From Vulcanimicrobiota bacterium (GTDB lineage: Bacteria > Vulcanimicrobiota > Xenobia > Xenobiales > JADMJV01), in the NCBI GenBank assembly GCA_050250895.1, contig JBFWNU010000003.1:64001-128000 (forward strand): 64,000 nucleotides of DNA. Direction: 5' to 3'. Below are positions 37,286-45,794 of this stretch, piece by piece (position 1 is the stretch's first letter; each line of letters starts with the position of its first letter). A model generated the notes under the pieces. The model had not been told where the DNA came from, searched no databases, and was given only the letters and a program-made list of their open reading frames with translations. The translations under genes were made by a program, and so were the position numbers.

Positions 37286-39135
37286 CCACCCGCAGCGTCA
37301 GTCTAGCCCTGGCTCGGGCCAAGCTGCTCGAGACCCTCGACAAACACCAGATCGACGTAGTGGCCTCGCTTTGCGAGTTGCGCGAGTTCAGCGAGGGAGA
37401 GACCATCGTTCGCCAGGGCGAGCCCGGCATCGAGCTATTCATCATCCTCTCGGGCCAGGTCACGGTGCTGGTCGAAGACGCCGACCTGGGCTATGAGTAT
37501 CCCATTCTCGAGCTGGTCGAGGGCCAGACCTTCGGTGAACTCTCGCTGCTCACTCGCCATCCTCGGGCGGCCACGGTGCGGGCCGACGTCTCTACCCTGT
37601 GCGCTTGTCTCAACCAGCTTTCATTCGAGAAGCTGCTGGGCTCGCTGCCCCAGGTGGGAGTCACCATCTGTCGCTATCTGGCCGAACGCATCAATGCCCA
37701 GGGCGACCGCACCGGTCTGCGCTTCGTCAAGTTGACTCCGGCTCTCTTTGACCAGCGGCTCTATCGCCTCTTGCCCGAGCGGGTCTGGCAGCGCTTTCAG
37801 GCTGTTCCGCTGCGACTGAGCGGCAGCATCTTGACGGTGGCTGTGACCCGACCCGACGAGGTGGCCCAGATGGCCGCTCTCAAACAGCTGTTGCCGACCT
37901 TCGACGTGCGCTGGGTTGCCTGCGGTTTCGAAGACTACTCGGCCCTGCTCACCGAAACCATCCTGCCCGGCCTGGCTGCGATCGCAACCGACCTGCGTTC
38001 TCTGCCGGTCGAAGAGTTCTGTCTCTCGGGCAACCCCCAGGGGCCGGGCGCCAAGCTGTTGGCCAGTCTCTTCCTGCAGGCGCTCTTCACCGAAGCCGAC
38101 GAATTGCTGCTTGAACCCACCTCCGAAGGGGTGCGCCTGCGGGTGCGCCATCAGGGACGCCTCAAGACCCTGGTCGACCGCGACATGACCCGCGAAAGCT
38201 ATCCGGCCCTGGTAGAACTGCTGCGGGGCCTGACCGGCCTCGGCCCCGAGGATCACCATGGCAGCGGGACCTATGTCCTGCGCGCCAAGCTCCACGAATT
38301 CCAGGTCACTTTCCTGGCCACGCGCTGGGGACCCCGCACGGTGGTTCGCTTTTTCTCGTCGGGGCCCGGCCTGAGCCTGACCAGTCTCTTTCGTTCCAAG
38401 GCCATCAGCAGTCTGCTGGCCGAACAGCTTCAAGGCGGACGCCTGTTCCTACTCTCCGGAGGCCGCGGCTCGGGCAAGTCGAGCACCTTCTACCAGATTC
38501 TCGAAGAGTTCTGCGATCTCGAAGAGCAAAGTGTGATCACCGTCGAGCGCCGCCTGCTGCGAGGGCTTCAGGGGGTCAGTCAGTGCGTGGCCAGCTGGGA
38601 CTCGTCCCGCTCGATGGCTCGTCTAACCCGAGCCGCCCTGGCCCAGAACCCCGACGTGTTGGGCCTCGATGAGGTGACCGATCCCGAGACCGCTCAGCTG
38701 GCGGTGTCGGCCGCCCTCAACGGCGCCTGTGTGCTGGTGGTGATGCGGGAAGCCGATGTCCAGTCGGCCCGTCGACGCTTTCTCGAGCTGGCCGGCAACC
38801 CCGATCTCGAGGCCCAGGTGTTGCGCATGGTGGTGTGCCAGCGGTTGGTGCGCAAGTCTTGCTGCGACTGCCGCACAGAGATCCAGGATGACGACTCTTT
38901 ACGGTCCCATCTGCAACGTGCCGGGCTCTTGACCGACACCGACCTGTTTGACTTGCGCCATTCGCCTGGCTGCGACGCCTGCGCCGGCACCGGCGTGATC
39001 GGGCGAATGGCCGCTTTCGAGTTTTTGGCTTACGGCTCTAACGGCTACCAACACCGGGGGATCAAGGCTTTCGGGCGCGAGTTGCTGAGCGAAGGACTGG
39101 TGGCCCCCCTCGAGGCGCTGCGCGTCTTGAACTAG
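37282..39135 (+). CDS. cNMP-binding domain fused to a degenerate GspE/PilB-like ATPase
   Basis: FGELSLL..PRAATV, a GSPII-N-like region, GGRGSGKSST, QNPDV, QRLVRK and two CxxC motifs. Confidence 0.8.
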   Translation: MTTRSVSLALARAKLLETLDKHQIDVVASLCELREFSEGETIVRQGEPGIELFIILSGQVTVLVEDADLGYEYPILELVEGQTFGELSLLTRHPRAATVRADVSTLCACLNQLSFEKLLGSLPQVGVTICRYLAERINAQGDRTGLRFVKLTPALFDQRLYRLLPERVWQRFQAVPLRLSGSILTVAVTRPDEVAQMAALKQLLPTFDVRWVACGFEDYSALLTETILPGLAAIATDLRSLPVEEFCLSGNPQGPGAKLLASLFLQALFTEADELLLEPTSEGVRLRVRHQGRLKTLVDRDMTRESYPALVELLRGLTGLGPEDHHGSGTYVLRAKLHEFQVTFLATRWGPRTVVRFFSSGPGLSLTSLFRSKAISSLLAEQLQGGRLFLLSGGRGSGKSSTFYQILEEFCDLEEQSVITVERRLLRGLQGVSQCVASWDSSRSMARLTRAALAQNPDVLGLDEVTDPETAQLAVSAALNGACVLVVMREADVQSARRRFLELAGNPDLEAQVLRMVVCQRLVRKSCCDCRTEIQDDDSLRSHLQRAGLLTDTDLFDLRHSPGCDACAGTGVIGRMAAFEFLAYGSNGYQHRGIKAFGRELLSEGLVAPLEALRVLN

Positions 39136-39145
39136 GAGGTTATGG

Positions 39146-40132
39146 TTGGAACTGGTTTTCTCCATCGATACCGGCGACATCGTCAGTTATCCCGCCGACG
39201 CGGTCCTGCTCAAGCACGCCGGAGGCTTTCACGGTGCCGACCTCGAGGTGTGCCGGGTGCTCTCGCGCGGAGGGGTTGACCCCGATTCGATCTCGCCTGG
39301 GCCCGATCAGCATGCCCTGGTGGATACGGCCGGCCAGCTGGCTGCTCCTTGGGCCATCTTCGTGGGCGCACCCACTCTGCGTAAGCTCGGCTACAGCCAG
39401 ATTCGCAAGTTCGTCAGAGCCGGTATGGCGGCGCTCGGGCAAGAACTCTCGGTTTGCCGCCACCTGGCCATGACCATCCACGGACCGGGCTTTGGATTAG
39501 ACGAGACCGAATCGATGTTCTCGAGCTTTCAGGCCTGTGTCGACGCCGTGCGCGAGGGCGCTTGCCCCAAGAATCTCGAGCGGATCACGATCGTCGAGCG
39601 AAGCCCCGGGCGGGTCGAACGCTTGCGGCAGGCCCTCGATGCCCACTTGAGAGCCGAATCATGGGCTCAGCGGCAGGGGCGCGATTTTCGATTGCTACTG
39701 GGTCCAGCCCACCAACCCCAGGTGCCGATTCAGGTGGCTGCCGTCACCAAGCCTCACATCTTCGTAGCCATGCCGTTCGCGGTCGAGATGGAGGATGTCT
39801 TCTACTATGGTATCCAACAACCGGTGCACCAGGCCGGCTACCTGTGCGAGCGCGTGGACAAGACGGTGTTTTCGGGCGACATCGTGGGCCGTATCCTCGA
39901 GCGGATCCAGACGGCCACGGCGGTGGTCGCCGACCTGACCGGTGCTAACGCCAACGTCTATCTCGAAGTGGGCTACGCCTGGGGTCTGGGCCGCCCCACC
40001 ATCTTGATTACCAAGAGCCTCAGCGAGCTGTGCTTTGACGTGCGCGGACACCGGTGTCTCGAGTATCGCTCGATCAAGCAGCTCGAGCAGGCGCTCGAGC
40101 GCGAACTGGCCTCGCTAACCTGCGGGCCTTAA
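39146..40132 (+). CDS. Macro-like domain fused to an NDT/TIR-like domain
   Basis: N-terminal GDI....ADAV, GAD and HGPGFG; C-terminal FVAMPF, ADLTG.NANVYLEVGYA and FDV. Confidence 0.75.
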   Translation: MELVFSIDTGDIVSYPADAVLLKHAGGFHGADLEVCRVLSRGGVDPDSISPGPDQHALVDTAGQLAAPWAIFVGAPTLRKLGYSQIRKFVRAGMAALGQELSVCRHLAMTIHGPGFGLDETESMFSSFQACVDAVREGACPKNLERITIVERSPGRVERLRQALDAHLRAESWAQRQGRDFRLLLGPAHQPQVPIQVAAVTKPHIFVAMPFAVEMEDVFYYGIQQPVHQAGYLCERVDKTVFSGDIVGRILERIQTATAVVADLTGANANVYLEVGYAWGLGRPTILITKSLSELCFDVRGHRCLEYRSIKQLEQALERELASLTCGP

Positions 40133-40136
40133 GGCC

Positions 40137-41081
40137 TTAAATCAGACCTGACCACGAGACGCGGTTGCGACCGCTGCGCTTGGCCTGATAGAGGGCCTCG
40201 TCGGCCCGGCCGATCAGCTCGGGCATCTGCTCGTTGGGGCCCAGGGTGGCGCCGCCGATACTCACCGTAATGGGAAGCTGGCCCCGCTGTAGCGGTACCG
40301 GCGTGGTTTCGACCATGATCCGGATGCGCTCGGCTGCCTCTCGGGGAGGGTCGTCCTCGGTGTGAACCAGCAACAGGGCAAATTCTTCACCGCCGTAGCG
40401 AGCCAGGACGTCAGCCTGGCGCTTGCCGGCCATCACGACCTTCACCAGGTGGCGCAGGGCGTCATCGCCGATCTGGTGACCATAGTTGTCGTTGATCTTC
40501 TTGAAGTGGTCGACATCGAGCATCAGCAGTGCGAACTGCAGGCGGTGGCGTTGAGCGCGGGCGATCTCTTCTTGCAAGCGCTCTTCGAAAAAGCGCCGGT
40601 TGTAGGCGCCGGTCAGGGCATCGCGCTGGCTCTGGGCTTTGAGCCGGTCGACCTCTTCGAGCATCTCCTGGCGCGACTCGTGGCGCCGCTCCAGGCGTTT
40701 GAGGGTCGCCTGCAGCTGGGCCACGCGAATGGGACGGGCCAACCAGTCGGTGGCCCCCACTTCGAAGGCCAGATCGCGCTCTTCTTCGGTGTCCACCAGC
40801 AACACCACCAGGGGCGCATTGGGTTGAACCGACAGCTCCTGGGCCAGACGTGCTCCTACGGGCAAGCGCGTAGTGCGCTTCCGGCTGGCGCGGGGCCCAC
40901 CCAAACGTCCCTCAGGCAGGCGGATGTCCACAAACAGGACATCGGGCACGCTTTCCTCGAGCGCCTCCTCTGCTTCGGCCAGCGAGGAAGCCTCTCCGAT
41001 TACCTCAAATCCCGTCTTGAGCAGCCGCCCCAGTCTGCTTCGAGCTGGTCCTTCGTCGTCGACCAGCAAGACCTTGATCAT
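40137..41081 (-). CDS. Response regulator with diguanylate cyclase domain
   Basis: REC domain (LVDDE, VDIRLP), DALTG, DVDHFK.IND.YGH and RQADVLARYGGEEF (RxxD I-site). Confidence 0.92.
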   Translation of the reverse strand: MIKVLLVDDEGPARSRLGRLLKTGFEVIGEASSLAEAEEALEESVPDVLFVDIRLPEGRLGGPRASRKRTTRLPVGARLAQELSVQPNAPLVVLLVDTEEERDLAFEVGATDWLARPIRVAQLQATLKRLERRHESRQEMLEEVDRLKAQSQRDALTGAYNRRFFEERLQEEIARAQRHRLQFALLMLDVDHFKKINDNYGHQIGDDALRHLVKVVMAGKRQADVLARYGGEEFALLLVHTEDDPPREAAERIRIMVETTPVPLQRGQLPITVSIGGATLGPNEQMPELIGRADEALYQAKRSGRNRVSWSGLI

Positions 41082-41131
41082 GCGGGGCCATTCGCGGCTA
41101 CTCCTCGGGAGCCTTCAGGATTTGGCACGAA

Positions 41132-41269
41132 TCAGAGCCACTCACAGAGTAGAGGAATCTCCTCCTTCGATCGGGCGAGAAAGGGGAATGAAAGAGTGAT
41201 TTTCTCGATTTCGTCGAGTTCGTGAAGGCATTCCTCAACCACGACCTCGAGTAAGTTGATCAGTTCCAT
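41132..41269 (-). CDS. Candidate 45-aa acidic small protein
   Basis: Manual translation MELINLLEVVVEECLHELDEIEKITLSFPFLARSKEEIPLLCEWL; TAAGCT lies 6 nt before the ATG. Confidence 0.45.
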   Translation of the reverse strand: MELINLLEVVVEECLHELDEIEKITLSFPFLARSKEEIPLLCEWL

Positions 41270-41347
41270 CTCCTCAGCTTAGTCCGGAATTAGCCTCTAA
41301 TTCTTTTGGAAATATCTTGGAATTGTGGCGGTTTGAGTTGTGACTTG

Positions 41348-41374
41348 TTAACAAGCTGGTTACTGTTTTGTCAC
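41348..41374. promoter_or_regulatory. TTAAC-N6-GTTAC-N6-GTCAC triple repeat
   Basis: Pentamers at 41348, 41359 and 41370 upstream of the orphan gene at 41454. Confidence 0.55.
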
Positions 41375-41453
41375 ATGCGCTCCTTTCCCGGTGACTCTGG
41401 TGATAATTGGGTCGGCATACACTCTGGGTAGATCAACGCAGGAGGTTCCCCCC

Positions 41454-41930
41454 ATGATTTCTCATCGCACTCAGCTCACCCAGCCTGGCAGTGCCCACTA
41501 TCAGATCGGTAACAAGAACGAGACGATGGTCTTCGACGGCAAGCTAGAAGACGCCGTCGTCTCGCATGTCTTCGAGCGCGATCAGCTGGTCAGCGACGTC
41601 AAAGATCTGGCCGTTCTCTTTACCGACCCCAAGGTGGCCGAGGCGGAGCAAAAGCTTAACTCCGGGGCCGAGCGAGTCGAGTTGACCCTGGGCGACAAAG
41701 GCAAGTTCGAAGCCATCAAGGCCGGCGAGGAGACCCGCTTTTATCCGGCCGATTCCTACCTTTCCGAGCACTCTCTGGCCAAGTCCGGCGACAAGGGCTT
41801 CATCCGGGTCGACACCGGTCTCTCCAGCGGCCAAGAGCGAGTGCAGCAGCAGGTGGTGGGCCAATTCAACCCCAGCAACGGCACCATCACGTGCGTCTTT
41901 GAAGAGGTGAATGTCAGTCCTTTCGCCTAG
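41454..41930 (+). CDS. Hypothetical protein
   Basis: Strong AGGAGG RBS, typical codon usage and a downstream terminator. Confidence 0.75.
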   Translation: MISHRTQLTQPGSAHYQIGNKNETMVFDGKLEDAVVSHVFERDQLVSDVKDLAVLFTDPKVAEAEQKLNSGAERVELTLGDKGKFEAIKAGEETRFYPADSYLSEHSLAKSGDKGFIRVDTGLSSGQERVQQQVVGQFNPSNGTITCVFEEVNVSPFA

Positions 41931-41945
41931 TTCAGTCCGACTCTC

Positions 41946-41981
41946 GCAAAAACGGGGCGCCTGCAGGCGCTCCGTTTGCTT
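41946..41981 (+). terminator. Intrinsic (possibly bidirectional) terminator
   Basis: AAACGGGGCGCC-TGCA-GGCGCTCCGTTT. Confidence 0.7.
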
Positions 41982-42047
41982 TCTGATGGTTAGTCTGTTG
42001 CGGCCCGGGGTAGAACATCTCGACACGAGATTTTTACGGAGGTTCCT

Positions 42048-42851
42048 ATGGCTACCAAAGCTGCCAAGCAAGAGCTGGTGCTCTATCGGGTTGAAGACGG
42101 GGTCGCGATTTTCGAACTCAACGATCCCCCCGCCAACACCTACACCTACGAGATGATGCGCCAGCTCGACGAGTGCATCCTCAAAGCCCGCATGGACGAC
42201 AACGTCCACGTCATCGTGGTCACCGGCCACGGCGACAAGTTCTTTTCGGCCGGCGCCAACATCAACATGCTGGCTGAGGTCACCCCGGGCTTCAAATACT
42301 ACTTCTGTCTGCACGCCAACGAGACGCTGTGCCGCCTCGAGCAGACCCCCAAGCTGGTGATCGGCGCCCTCAACGGCCACTGCGTCGGCGGCGGCCTCGA
42401 GATCGCCATGGCCTGCGACATTCGCGTGGGCGCCAAGGGCAAAGGCAAAGTCGGCCTGCCCGAGGTCAACCTGGGCGTTCTGCCGGGCACCGGCGGCACC
42501 CAGCGCTTCTCGCGCATGGTCGGCAAGACCAAAGCCATCGAACTGATGGCCACTGGCGAGACCTTCTCGATGGAGAAGGCCATGGAACTTGGCCTGGTCA
42601 ACCAGCTCTTCGAAGCAGACGACTTCATGGGCCAGGTGATGACCTACGCTCGCCAGTTCTTGCCCCCGAGCAAGGCTTCGATGGCCGTTGGCCGCATCAA
42701 GCGTTCGGTCCAAACGGGCATGGAGATGTCCTTCCTCGACGGCCTGGCCCTCGAGCGCGAGTTGCAGCAGCAGCTGTTCTGCTCGATGGACGCCAAGGAA
42801 GGCATCAACGCCTACGCCGAAAAGCGCTCGGCCAGCTTCAGCGGCAAGTAA
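42048..42851 (+). CDS. Enoyl-CoA hydratase/isomerase
   Basis: FSAGANI, GGGLEIAMACD and LPEVNLGVLPGTGGTQR. Confidence 0.93.
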   Translation: MATKAAKQELVLYRVEDGVAIFELNDPPANTYTYEMMRQLDECILKARMDDNVHVIVVTGHGDKFFSAGANINMLAEVTPGFKYYFCLHANETLCRLEQTPKLVIGALNGHCVGGGLEIAMACDIRVGAKGKGKVGLPEVNLGVLPGTGGTQRFSRMVGKTKAIELMATGETFSMEKAMELGLVNQLFEADDFMGQVMTYARQFLPPSKASMAVGRIKRSVQTGMEMSFLDGLALERELQQQLFCSMDAKEGINAYAEKRSASFSGK

Positions 42852-42868
42852 GCGCGCTCTTCTAGAAC

Positions 42869-42900
42869 GAAAACGGGAGCCCGTGCAGGCTCCCGTTTTC
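42869..42900 (+). terminator. Intrinsic terminator
   Basis: GAAAACGGGAGCC-loop-GGCTCCCGTTTTC. Confidence 0.75.
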
Positions 42901-42908
42901 ATTGGCCC

Positions 42909-43198
42909 GGCGGGCTGGGCGGAGTACGGCACGTGGTAGCGCCGAATTCGGCACCTGGTGGTGCCGTACCCGGGGCTTGGCGGGTTAGGGCGGAGTACGG
43001 CACGTGGTAGCGCCGAATCCGGCACCTGGTGGCGCCGTACTCGGGGCTTGGCGGGTTGGCGCGGAGTACGGCACGTGGTAGCGCCGAATTCGGTACCTGG
43101 TGGTGCCGTACCCGGGGCTTGGCGGGCCGGGGCGGAGTACGGCACGTGGTAGCGCCGAATTCGGCACCTGGTGGTGCCGTACCCGGGGCTTGGCGGGC
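42909..43198. repeat. Four tandem 71-bp palindromic units
   Basis: GGAGTACGGCAC starts at 42921, 42992, 43063 and 43134. Each unit is GTACGGCAC..GCCGAATTCGGC..GTGCCGTAC. Confidence 0.95.
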
Positions 43199-43301
43199 CG
43201 TCAGGGCCGGCCGTCGAGTGGTTCGCCTTTCCTGGGCAATCGAGGGGCGAGGCATATCGTGCTCCGTTAGTCCGGGCGAGGAAGTCGGGAAACCTCGGTA
43301 G

Positions 43302-43332
43302 AAAAAGAAAAAGCCCCGGCTTTCGCCGGGGC
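43302..43332 (-). terminator. Intrinsic terminator
   Basis: GCCCCGGC-TTTC-GCCGGGGC with a long A-tract on the left, which reads as a U-tract on the minus strand. Confidence 0.7.
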
Positions 43333-43432
43333 GTTAGGTCCAACCAATGCTCATCTCACTGAGGAAACTTTACCGCCCCGCCGTCACAAGAGCGTTAAAT
43401 GGAAGTGGCGGGCTACCACCGAAGCTTGGGTG

Positions 43433-43885
43433 ATGAGCGGGCCGCCAAGCTTCGCCTCGGAGTTTAAGCGGGGCCTGAATGCCTTCAATCTCACGGTGGG
43501 CGGCGTCACCTCGGTGGCGGTGGCGCTGGGGCTCTACCTGGCCGCACCTGATCTGCTCGGCCTGGGTCAGGCTGGCCAGGCGACCGTGGGAGGTCTGCTG
43601 ACCATGCTGCTGACCACCGGCCTACACACAGCCGGGCACGCCTACTTCGGCTGGCGTTTCGAGCGGGGCATCGCAGCCCATCAGCGCGGAGACCATCGGG
43701 CGGCGGTGGGCTTGCTGGCGGTGGTCGAGAAACACGAGATGGATCACTTCGACCCCGAAGGCTACGCTCTTAGGGCTTTGCAATCGAGCCGAGTCGCCTT
43801 AGAGGAGCAACCGGCCCAACAGGGCGCCGGCCAGGACAAGCCAGGCCGAGTTGACCTCGAAACGGAGGCCAACCAGCGCCACTAG
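43433..43885 (+). CDS. Hypothetical membrane protein
   Basis: Two TM helices plus a TPR-like helix pair; its 3' end overlaps chrA. Confidence 0.5.
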   Translation: MSGPPSFASEFKRGLNAFNLTVGGVTSVAVALGLYLAAPDLLGLGQAGQATVGGLLTMLLTTGLHTAGHAYFGWRFERGIAAHQRGDHRAAVGLLAVVEKHEMDHFDPEGYALRALQSSRVALEEQPAQQGAGQDKPGRVDLETEANQRH

Positions 43886-44896
43886 CAAGATAATCCAGGC
43901 TGGGCCGGTGACGAGGGTCGAGAGGGAGAGCTGAACAACGACCGTTGCCATCAGAGCTAGAGCCGAGACGTTGACTCCGTCGAGGAAGGCCGAAAGCCAG
44001 ACCGATTTGCGCATTCGCGGAATAAGCGGATTGAGCAGCCAGACGAAGAGGAATGAAGGCAAGAAGATGCCGACGGTGGCGCTGAGCGCGCCGCTCGGGC
44101 CGTTAACGAGGAAGCCGATGAAGGTGGCGGTGGACAAGACCGGTCCCGGGGTAAACTGGCCGATGGCGATGGCGTCGAGCAGTTGGGCTTGGGTCAGCCA
44201 GCCCAGTTGTTGCACGAGCCCCTCTTCCAGGAAAGCCACCAGCACATAGCCGCTGCCATAGAGAATGGAGCCGATCTTGAGAAAGAACAGAAACAGGCTG
44301 GGGTTGCTGACCTGGGTGGCGGCTTTGGCGACCCGAGTGCTCAAGAGCAAGAGGGCGGCCGTCAGGTTTGAGGGAGCCCTTTTGCGCAACCACAGCATGG
44401 CCAAAAGCCCGCCCGCTAGCAGAGCCGGGATTTGCGGGCAACCGGCCAGGACCGCGGTGAAGACCAGGGCCGCCACCAGGCCCAATTGGCGGGTCTTCAC
44501 GGCTTTGCCGCCCAGCTTGTAGAGCGCTCCCGCGATGATGGCGATGACTGCCGGCTTGATGCCGGCGAAGAAAGGCGCCACCTGGGGCAGGCTTCCATAG
44601 GTGACATAGAACCAGGCCAACATCCCCGTGAGCGTGACCGCCGGGCCGATAAAGCAGGCGCCGGCTACCAGCAGGCCGCGCCAACCGGCCCGCTCGTAAC
44701 CGAGATGCATGGTCATCTCGGTAGAGTTGGGGCCGGGGATGAGGTTGGTGGCTCCGACCAGATCCAGGAAGTGTTCGGGCGTGACCCACTTGCGACGAGT
44801 CACGAACTCGTCTTCCATCATGGCGATGTGGGCGGCGGGGCCGCCGAAGGCGAACAGGCCGAGCTTGAGAAAGGCGAGCGCGACCTCGGCGAGCAC
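43799..44896 (-). CDS. chrA: Chromate efflux transporter
   Basis: FGGPAAHI, IPGPNSTE, YGSGYVL and QFTPGP. Confidence 0.92.
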   Translation of the reverse strand: MLAEVALAFLKLGLFAFGGPAAHIAMMEDEFVTRRKWVTPEHFLDLVGATNLIPGPNSTEMTMHLGYERAGWRGLLVAGACFIGPAVTLTGMLAWFYVTYGSLPQVAPFFAGIKPAVIAIIAGALYKLGGKAVKTRQLGLVAALVFTAVLAGCPQIPALLAGGLLAMLWLRKRAPSNLTAALLLLSTRVAKAATQVSNPSLFLFFLKIGSILYGSGYVLVAFLEEGLVQQLGWLTQAQLLDAIAIGQFTPGPVLSTATFIGFLVNGPSGALSATVGIFLPSFLFVWLLNPLIPRMRKSVWLSAFLDGVNVSALALMATVVVQLSLSTLVTGPAWIILLVALVGLRFEVNSAWLVLAGALLGRLLL

Positions 44897-45639
44897 TAGT
44901 GGTGATCGATGTTGTCGAGGCGCTGCTGAAGGCTGGGGTGGGTGCTGCCGCCACCGGGGTGGTCACCGGTGATACGGGTCAGGGCGTCTTTGGCGATCTG
45001 GCGGGGCAGCCCGAGGCTCTCGAGCATGTCGACTCCGACCCCATCCGCTTCCATCTCGAGTCGATGCGAAAGTTCGCGCTCCTCGGCGTCGCTGCCGCTG
45101 AAGGCTCGCTTCTGGGCGCTGTGGTGGTTGGCCACATGGCCAGCCTCGTGACCGGCCACGAAGATCATCTCGTTCTGGTCGAGCTTTTCCATCAGGCCGC
45201 GAGTGAAATAGAGTTTGCCGTTGGGGCAGGCGAAGGCGTTGGTGACGCTCGAGTCGAGCACTTTGTAACGAAGGTCGAGTTCGGAGTCAAAGTGGGGGCG
45301 CACCGTGTCGAGGGCCTGATCGGCTCGGCTGGCGAAGGCAGGGTCGCTGGGACTGGCCAGCGTGCCCGACGAGATGAAGGCGGCCGCGTCGCAGGCCAGG
45401 CTGGTGCCGGCTCCCGAGTGGTTGAGCCAGGCGATGCCTCCGACGGCTCCGGCCACAGCCGCGCCCAGCAACAGGTAGCGGCCGATGCCGCTCTTCTTGG
45501 GTTCGGGCGCGGGAGCATCCCAGTTCTGGCTCAGGGTCAGCTGGTCGGTGGGCAGCGACCGGGAAGCTGGAGGGGCCGCGCTGGCGGTGGGAGGCGCCGA
45601 GCGGGCGAGGAGTGAGGCTGAGTGCGTCGTGATCTTCAT
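44896..45639 (-). CDS. M48 family metallopeptidase with MKI/disordered N-terminus and one TM
   Basis: NAFACP.G, HEAGH, EMEAD and STHP...R. Confidence 0.85.
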   Translation of the reverse strand: MKITTHSASLLARSAPPTASAAPPASRSLPTDQLTLSQNWDAPAPEPKKSGIGRYLLLGAAVAGAVGGIAWLNHSGAGTSLACDAAAFISSGTLASPSDPAFASRADQALDTVRPHFDSELDLRYKVLDSSVTNAFACPNGKLYFTRGLMEKLDQNEMIFVAGHEAGHVANHHSAQKRAFSGSDAEERELSHRLEMEADGVGVDMLESLGLPRQIAKDALTRITGDHPGGGSTHPSLQQRLDNIDHH

Positions 45640-45703
45640 CTATCTTGCTCCTATGTCTATGTGAGTCGAGCAAAGGCAAGATAACACCACCGCCGCCAGA
45701 TTT

Positions 45704-45721
45704 GGTAACGGAAGTGTTACC
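45704..45721. promoter_or_regulatory. GGTAAC-N6-GTTACC box between divergent orphan genes
   Basis: Perfect palindromic arms; 21 nt upstream of TATCTT on the minus strand. Confidence 0.6.
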
Positions 45722-45794
45722 GTTCGGTTTTTAAGGCTAGCTTCAGGCCGCTTCTCTAGTCTTTGCTTGATAGAAGACATAGGAGGAACGACCG

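Noticed and set aside
39146-40132. Canonical Thoeris or CBASS operon
   Set aside because: No ThsA (SIR2/TM-Macro) partner or CD-NTase is nearby. It is kept only as a fusion candidate.
42909-43198. CRISPR array
   Set aside because: The units are near-identical along their whole 71 bp, with no unique spacers and no cas genes in the window.
41544-43343. 599-aa minus-strand ORF with repeated peptide
   Set aside because: It is the antisense shadow of the crotonase gene plus read-through of the DNA repeat, and it crosses terminators.
15560-45790. Sigma-28 (TAAA-N15-GCCGATAA) promoters for the MxI genes
   Set aside because: Only partial GCCG matches were found, without a correctly spaced -35.
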